A DNA stretch of 64,000 nt from Verrucomicrobiota bacterium (GTDB lineage: Bacteria; Verrucomicrobiota; Verrucomicrobiia; Opitutales; Cerasicoccaceae): the NCBI GenBank assembly GCA_039818205.1, contig JBCBUK010000001.1, forward strand, positions 224,001-288,000, written 5' to 3'. Under the pieces are notes generated by a model that was not told where the DNA came from, did no database searches, and saw only the letters and a program-made list of their open reading frames with translations. Positions 60,399 to 64,000 of this stretch are shown here, piece by piece. How positions within the stretch are numbered: position 1 is the stretch's first letter; every line of letters begins with the position of its first letter. Made by a program: the position numbers and the translations under genes.

Positions 60399-62195
60399 TT
60401 ACGAGGTTTTGAGAATCTTGATAAAGGCGTCTTGGGGAATGGCTACTTTTCCGATCTGCTTCATGCGCTTCTTACCTTCTTTCTGCTTTTCGAGCAGCTT
60501 GCGCTTACGCGTAATGTCGCCGCCATAACATTTCGCGGTCACATCCTTGCGAAGCGCACTTAGCGTTTCACGCGCAATGACTTTGTTGCCAATCGTGGCC
60601 TGAATCGGAATTTTGAACATCTGCTGCGGCAGAATATCCTTCAAACGCTCACATAGGGCGCGACCGCGAGTTTCTGCTTTATCGCGGTGGACAATCGAGG
60701 CGAATGCATCGACAGGCTCAGCATTGACCATGATGTCCATCTTCACGAGATCGCTTTCCTGGAATTCGCCCAACTCATAGTCCATTGAACCATAACCTTT
60801 GGTAATGGACTTCAAGCGGTCATTAAAATCGATAAGGATCTCATTCAATGGTAGTCGACACACCAACATGACGCGGGTTCCATCGACCGTTTCGGTGTGT
60901 TCGCAAATACCACGCTTCTCCGAGACCAAGGCCAGTATATCGCCAATGTTATCGCTGGGCGTATGGATCGTCGCCGTGATTGTCGGCTCCGAAATGGAAT
61001 CCATCAACGTTGGCTCCGGCATAAAGACTGGGTTGTCGACCTGGACGGTCTCGCCACCCGTGAGCTTCACGTTGTAGACAACGCTTGGGTAGGTTGAAAT
61101 AATATCGAGGTCGTATTCCCGGCGCAGGCGCTCTTGCACGATCTCCATGTGCAATAGGCCCAGGAATCCACAACGGAACCCGAATCCAAGCGCTACCGAA
61201 CTCTCGGGTTGATACACCAATGCGGCATCATTGAGCTGGAGCTTGGCCATGCTCGCCTTCAGTTTTCCATAGTCGTTGGTATCGAGCGGGTAGATTCCAC
61301 TGAACACCATCGGACGAACTTCCTTATACCCCGGCAGCATCTCCGTCGCTGGGTTGTTCGAATGCGTAATGGTGTCACCGATCTTAATCTCGGTCAGCTC
61401 CTTGATCGCGGTAACGACATAACCAGTGCGGCCAGCAGCCAGTTCCTTCTCCGGGATCATACTTGGCGAAAATCGGCCGACTTCTTTGATCAGTGTCTTC
61501 TGGCCGGTTCCCATCATAACGACTTCTTCGCCCGCTTTCAAAGTTCCAGAGAACACCCGGACGAAGCAGATGACCCCTTTGTAGGTGTCGTAGACGTTGT
61601 CAAAAATCAGAACGCGGGCCTGCTCAAAATCAACCCAGCGAGGCCGTGGAAGGCGTTTGACGACTGCCTCCAGAATGTCTTCAATTCCAATGCCTGACTT
61701 TCCGCTGGCTCGAATTGCCTCTTCGCGCGGAATCGCCAGCACATCCTCAATCTGCTGCTCAATTGCTTCGGGGTCTGCGCCGGGCAGATCAACCTTGTTG
61801 ATTACCGGGATAATCTCAAGTCCCTGCTCAACGGCCAAATGTGCATTTGCAACAGTCTGAGCTTCAATGCCTTGCGCAGCATCAACAAGCAAAAGGGCCC
61901 CCTCACACGCCGCCAGGCTACGCGAAACTTCGTAGGAAAAATCGACGTGCCCGGGCGTATCAATCAGGTTCAACAAGTAATCCTTACCTTCAAGCTGATA
62001 CAGCATCGAAACCGGATGGCTCTTGATCGTGATGCCGCGCTCACGCTCCAAGTCCATCGAGTCCAGCAACTGTTCCTGCATTGCTCGGCGCTCTACGGTC
62101 TTTGTCTGCTCCAACAGGCGGTCAGACAAGGTCGTCTTTCCGTGGTCAACGTGGGCAATGATGCAGAAATTGCGAATGTGATCGGTTTTACTCAT
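60399..62195 (-). CDS. lepA: Elongation factor 4
   Basis: [37 protein letters not shown]. Confidence 0.98.
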   Translation of the reverse strand: MSKTDHIRNFCIIAHVDHGKTTLSDRLLEQTKTVERRAMQEQLLDSMDLERERGITIKSHPVSMLYQLEGKDYLLNLIDTPGHVDFSYEVSRSLAACEGALLLVDAAQGIEAQTVANAHLAVEQGLEIIPVINKVDLPGADPEAIEQQIEDVLAIPREEAIRASGKSGIGIEDILEAVVKRLPRPRWVDFEQARVLIFDNVYDTYKGVICFVRVFSGTLKAGEEVVMMGTGQKTLIKEVGRFSPSMIPEKELAAGRTGYVVTAIKELTEIKIGDTITHSNNPATEMLPGYKEVRPMVFSGIYPLDTNDYGKLKASMAKLQLNDAALVYQPESSVALGFGFRCGFLGLLHMEIVQERLRREYDLDIISTYPSVVYNVKLTGGETVQVDNPVFMPEPTLMDSISEPTITATIHTPSDNIGDILALVSEKRGICEHTETVDGTRVMLVCRLPLNEILIDFNDRLKSITKGYGSMDYELGEFQESDLVKMDIMVNAEPVDAFASIVHRDKAETRGRALCERLKDILPQQMFKIPIQATIGNKVIARETLSALRKDVTAKCYGGDITRKRKLLEKQKEGKKRMKQIGKVAIPQDAFIKILKTS

Positions 62196-62203
62196 GAGGT
62201 TCC

Positions 62204-63109
62204 CTATGCGGGGAGATCGGAATACTCCGACAAAGACACCACTTTGGCGTCACGGTCAATGCGTTTGGCTAAACCGGCCAAGACCCCACCAGGTCCACAC
62301 TCGTAGCTCGTCGAAAATCCAAGGGCGAGCAGCCCACGAAAACAGTCTTCCCAGCGAACAGAGGATACCACCTGCTCAACCAAGGCTTGTTTTACAGCCG
62401 ATGGCTCAGAAACTTCGCGACCAGTGGTGTTTGTGAAAACTGGGTGAGTCGGGGTCTTAAACTCGATATCGGTCAAAAACTCTGCAAAGGCGACTGCTGC
62501 TGGCTGCATCAAACGACTATGGTAGGCACCGGCGACCTTCAATGGAATCGCCATCTTGAAGCCGGCGCTTTTGGCTTCCGCGACGACATCGGCAATCCGG
62601 CTTTTATCACCGGACAAAACCGTTTGACCTGGGCAGTTCAAATTGGCCACATCAACATCGTGCTTCTGAGCCAAATCATAAGCCGCCTGGAGGTCGCCCC
62701 CAATCAAACTTGCCATGCCACCCTCGGTCGTCTCACAGGCTTCCTGCATGAGCTGGCCGCGCTTTTCGACGATTTTGAGCCCGGTCGCGAAATCAAATAC
62801 CCCAACAACGTGCAGCGCGGTGAGCTCGCCTAAGCTGAGCCCTGCGGCGCCACCGATCTCGGGAAGCTTTCCTGCCTCTCGCAGGGCCTCGACCATCGCA
62901 ATCCCGTGCACATAGAGCGCCGGTTGGCACACCCGCGTCTCCGTCAGAGTTTCGGCGGGGCCCGCAAAGCAGGCTGACTTGAGGTCCCAACCAAGCACCT
63001 CGTTCGCCTGATCAAATATGTTGCGCGCGGCCGCGCTGTTTTCGCTCAAGGACTTGCCCATACCGACGGCTTGGGCTCCCTGCCCCGAAAAAATGTATGC
63101 TACTGCCAT
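62204..63109 (-). CDS. fabD: Malonyl-CoA:ACP transacylase
   Basis: FSGQGAQ, GLSLGE, GAYHS, VRWE. Confidence 0.95.
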   Translation of the reverse strand: MAVAYIFSGQGAQAVGMGKSLSENSAAARNIFDQANEVLGWDLKSACFAGPAETLTETRVCQPALYVHGIAMVEALREAGKLPEIGGAAGLSLGELTALHVVGVFDFATGLKIVEKRGQLMQEACETTEGGMASLIGGDLQAAYDLAQKHDVDVANLNCPGQTVLSGDKSRIADVVAEAKSAGFKMAIPLKVAGAYHSRLMQPAAVAFAEFLTDIEFKTPTHPVFTNTTGREVSEPSAVKQALVEQVVSSVRWEDCFRGLLALGFSTSYECGPGGVLAGLAKRIDRDAKVVSLSEYSDLPA

Positions 63110-63149
63110 AAGGGGCAGGTATTTCAAGGATTCAAGCGAATATGGGAAG

Positions 63150-64000
63150 CTAAAACCGATCTAGATCTCGGAAATACTTCTCCGAGATGTCTTCTTTTCG
63201 CCGAATCGGAGTCGTTTCCGGGCCAGAAGTCGGTGTTTGGACCGGGGAAACACGTGTTGATTGATTCGCCCCGATTCCCGACGAATTTGGCAACGTCGAT
63301 AGGCTAACGCCTGATTTCTCTGGTTTGGAAGCGGGCAAAACCCAAGAATTCTTAGCCTCGTTTAGTGCGGGAGTTCCCGTCGGTCGCTGTATCGGATTCG
63401 TCGAAAAACGGTCTGGTTGGGCTCCAGTAACCGGTTGATACTCCCGCGTTTGGCTCGATTGCCTCTGCAAATACGGATTTGGCCGTGATGGCTGACGGCG
63501 CTCAATGGTTCCAGTAACCGTCTCTTGGTGGCTTCGGTCGGAAAACCAGTCAAACTCTGGGGACAGTTCGGGTTCGTCCACGGCATTCCAATCCATCGGC
63601 TCCGGACGGGAGACCTGTTCGGCGTTTTCCAATCGGGCAAAGTGATCAACAAACATTGTCGGCGAGTAATAACTCTCGCGCAACGATTCCAGTTCCTGCT
63701 CTTCCTCAGCGGAAAGTTCCGACACGGTTTGGTAATCTCCAGAAAGCTTCTGAACTCCGACCGCCAACCAGTCGCGACGCTCGCGGGTAATTTCGCGTTG
63801 AGTCCGGGTCGATTGCTCCGCTTCGCTGCCGGGCTGATTCGGATTCGCTGGCCGGTTCGCGAATTCTGGATTGGTGGCCGTCGACAGCGAGCTGGATGGG
63901 TCTATGGCCTCCGTGTTTCCCTCGACCTCACCCGGAACATAGGCACCTTGCTGCAGTCCGACCCCCTTCAGATTATTACGTTCCTCCGCGGAAGCCAAGC
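63150..64000 (-). CDS. Hypothetical low-complexity protein, C-terminal part (starts beyond the window)
   Basis: Open frame of at least 282 aa, Pro/Ser/Thr/Glu-rich, ending KYFRDLDRF. Confidence 0.65.
   Translation of the reverse strand, partial: LASAEERNNLKGVGLQQGAYVPGEVEGNTEAIDPSSSLSTATNPEFANRPANPNQPGSEAEQSTRTQREITRERRDWLAVGVQKLSGDYQTVSELSAEEEQELESLRESYYSPTMFVDHFARLENAEQVSRPEPMDWNAVDEPELSPEFDWFSDRSHQETVTGTIERRQPSRPNPYLQRQSSQTREYQPVTGAQPDRFSTNPIQRPTGTPALNEAKNSWVLPASKPEKSGVSLSTLPNSSGIGANQSTRVSPVQTPTSGPETTPIRRKEDISEKYFRDLDRF

Overview
A 64 kb, mostly housekeeping segment of a bacterial chromosome. Gene content (OmcB-like DUF11 lipoprotein, very long LepB, dnaK-groES-groEL order) suggests the PVC superphylum, probably Verrucomicrobiota/Opitutales; this is inference. 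About 57 CDS can be supported, including glgB, dnaK/groES/groEL, priA, gpmA, sucCD, rph, lpdA, glnD, hemG, valS, lepA/lepB and fabD, plus a light/UV cluster (lycopene-cyclase-domain protein, CPD photolyase, Fe-S (6-4)-type photolyase, TIGR01777, renalase-like oxidoreductase, EamA, PhzF). I found no rRNA, tRNA, CRISPR array, integrase or transposase. The notable signals are mainly regulatory and structural. (1) The chaperone operon has a sigma54 (-24/-12) promoter with upstream repeats and an IHF-like site, no CIRCE, and a predicted +1 on the dnaK ATG. (2) Many genes share a leaderless sigma70 geometry, TTGnnn-N17-(-10)-N6-start. (3) A cysteine-poor lipoprotein homologue of chlamydial OmcB lies divergent from a Fur paralogue that lacks its C-terminal metal ligands. 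(4) There is a 95-aa minimal RNase III-like protein. (5) A GAF-GAF histidine kinase follows glnD with no response regulator in the window. (6) A HAD-like protein lacks the nucleophile Asp. (7) valS carries an in-frame hairpin-containing insertion. (8) There is an unannotated small membrane ORF and an interrupted exported-protein remnant. All family calls come from motif recognition by eye, not database searches.
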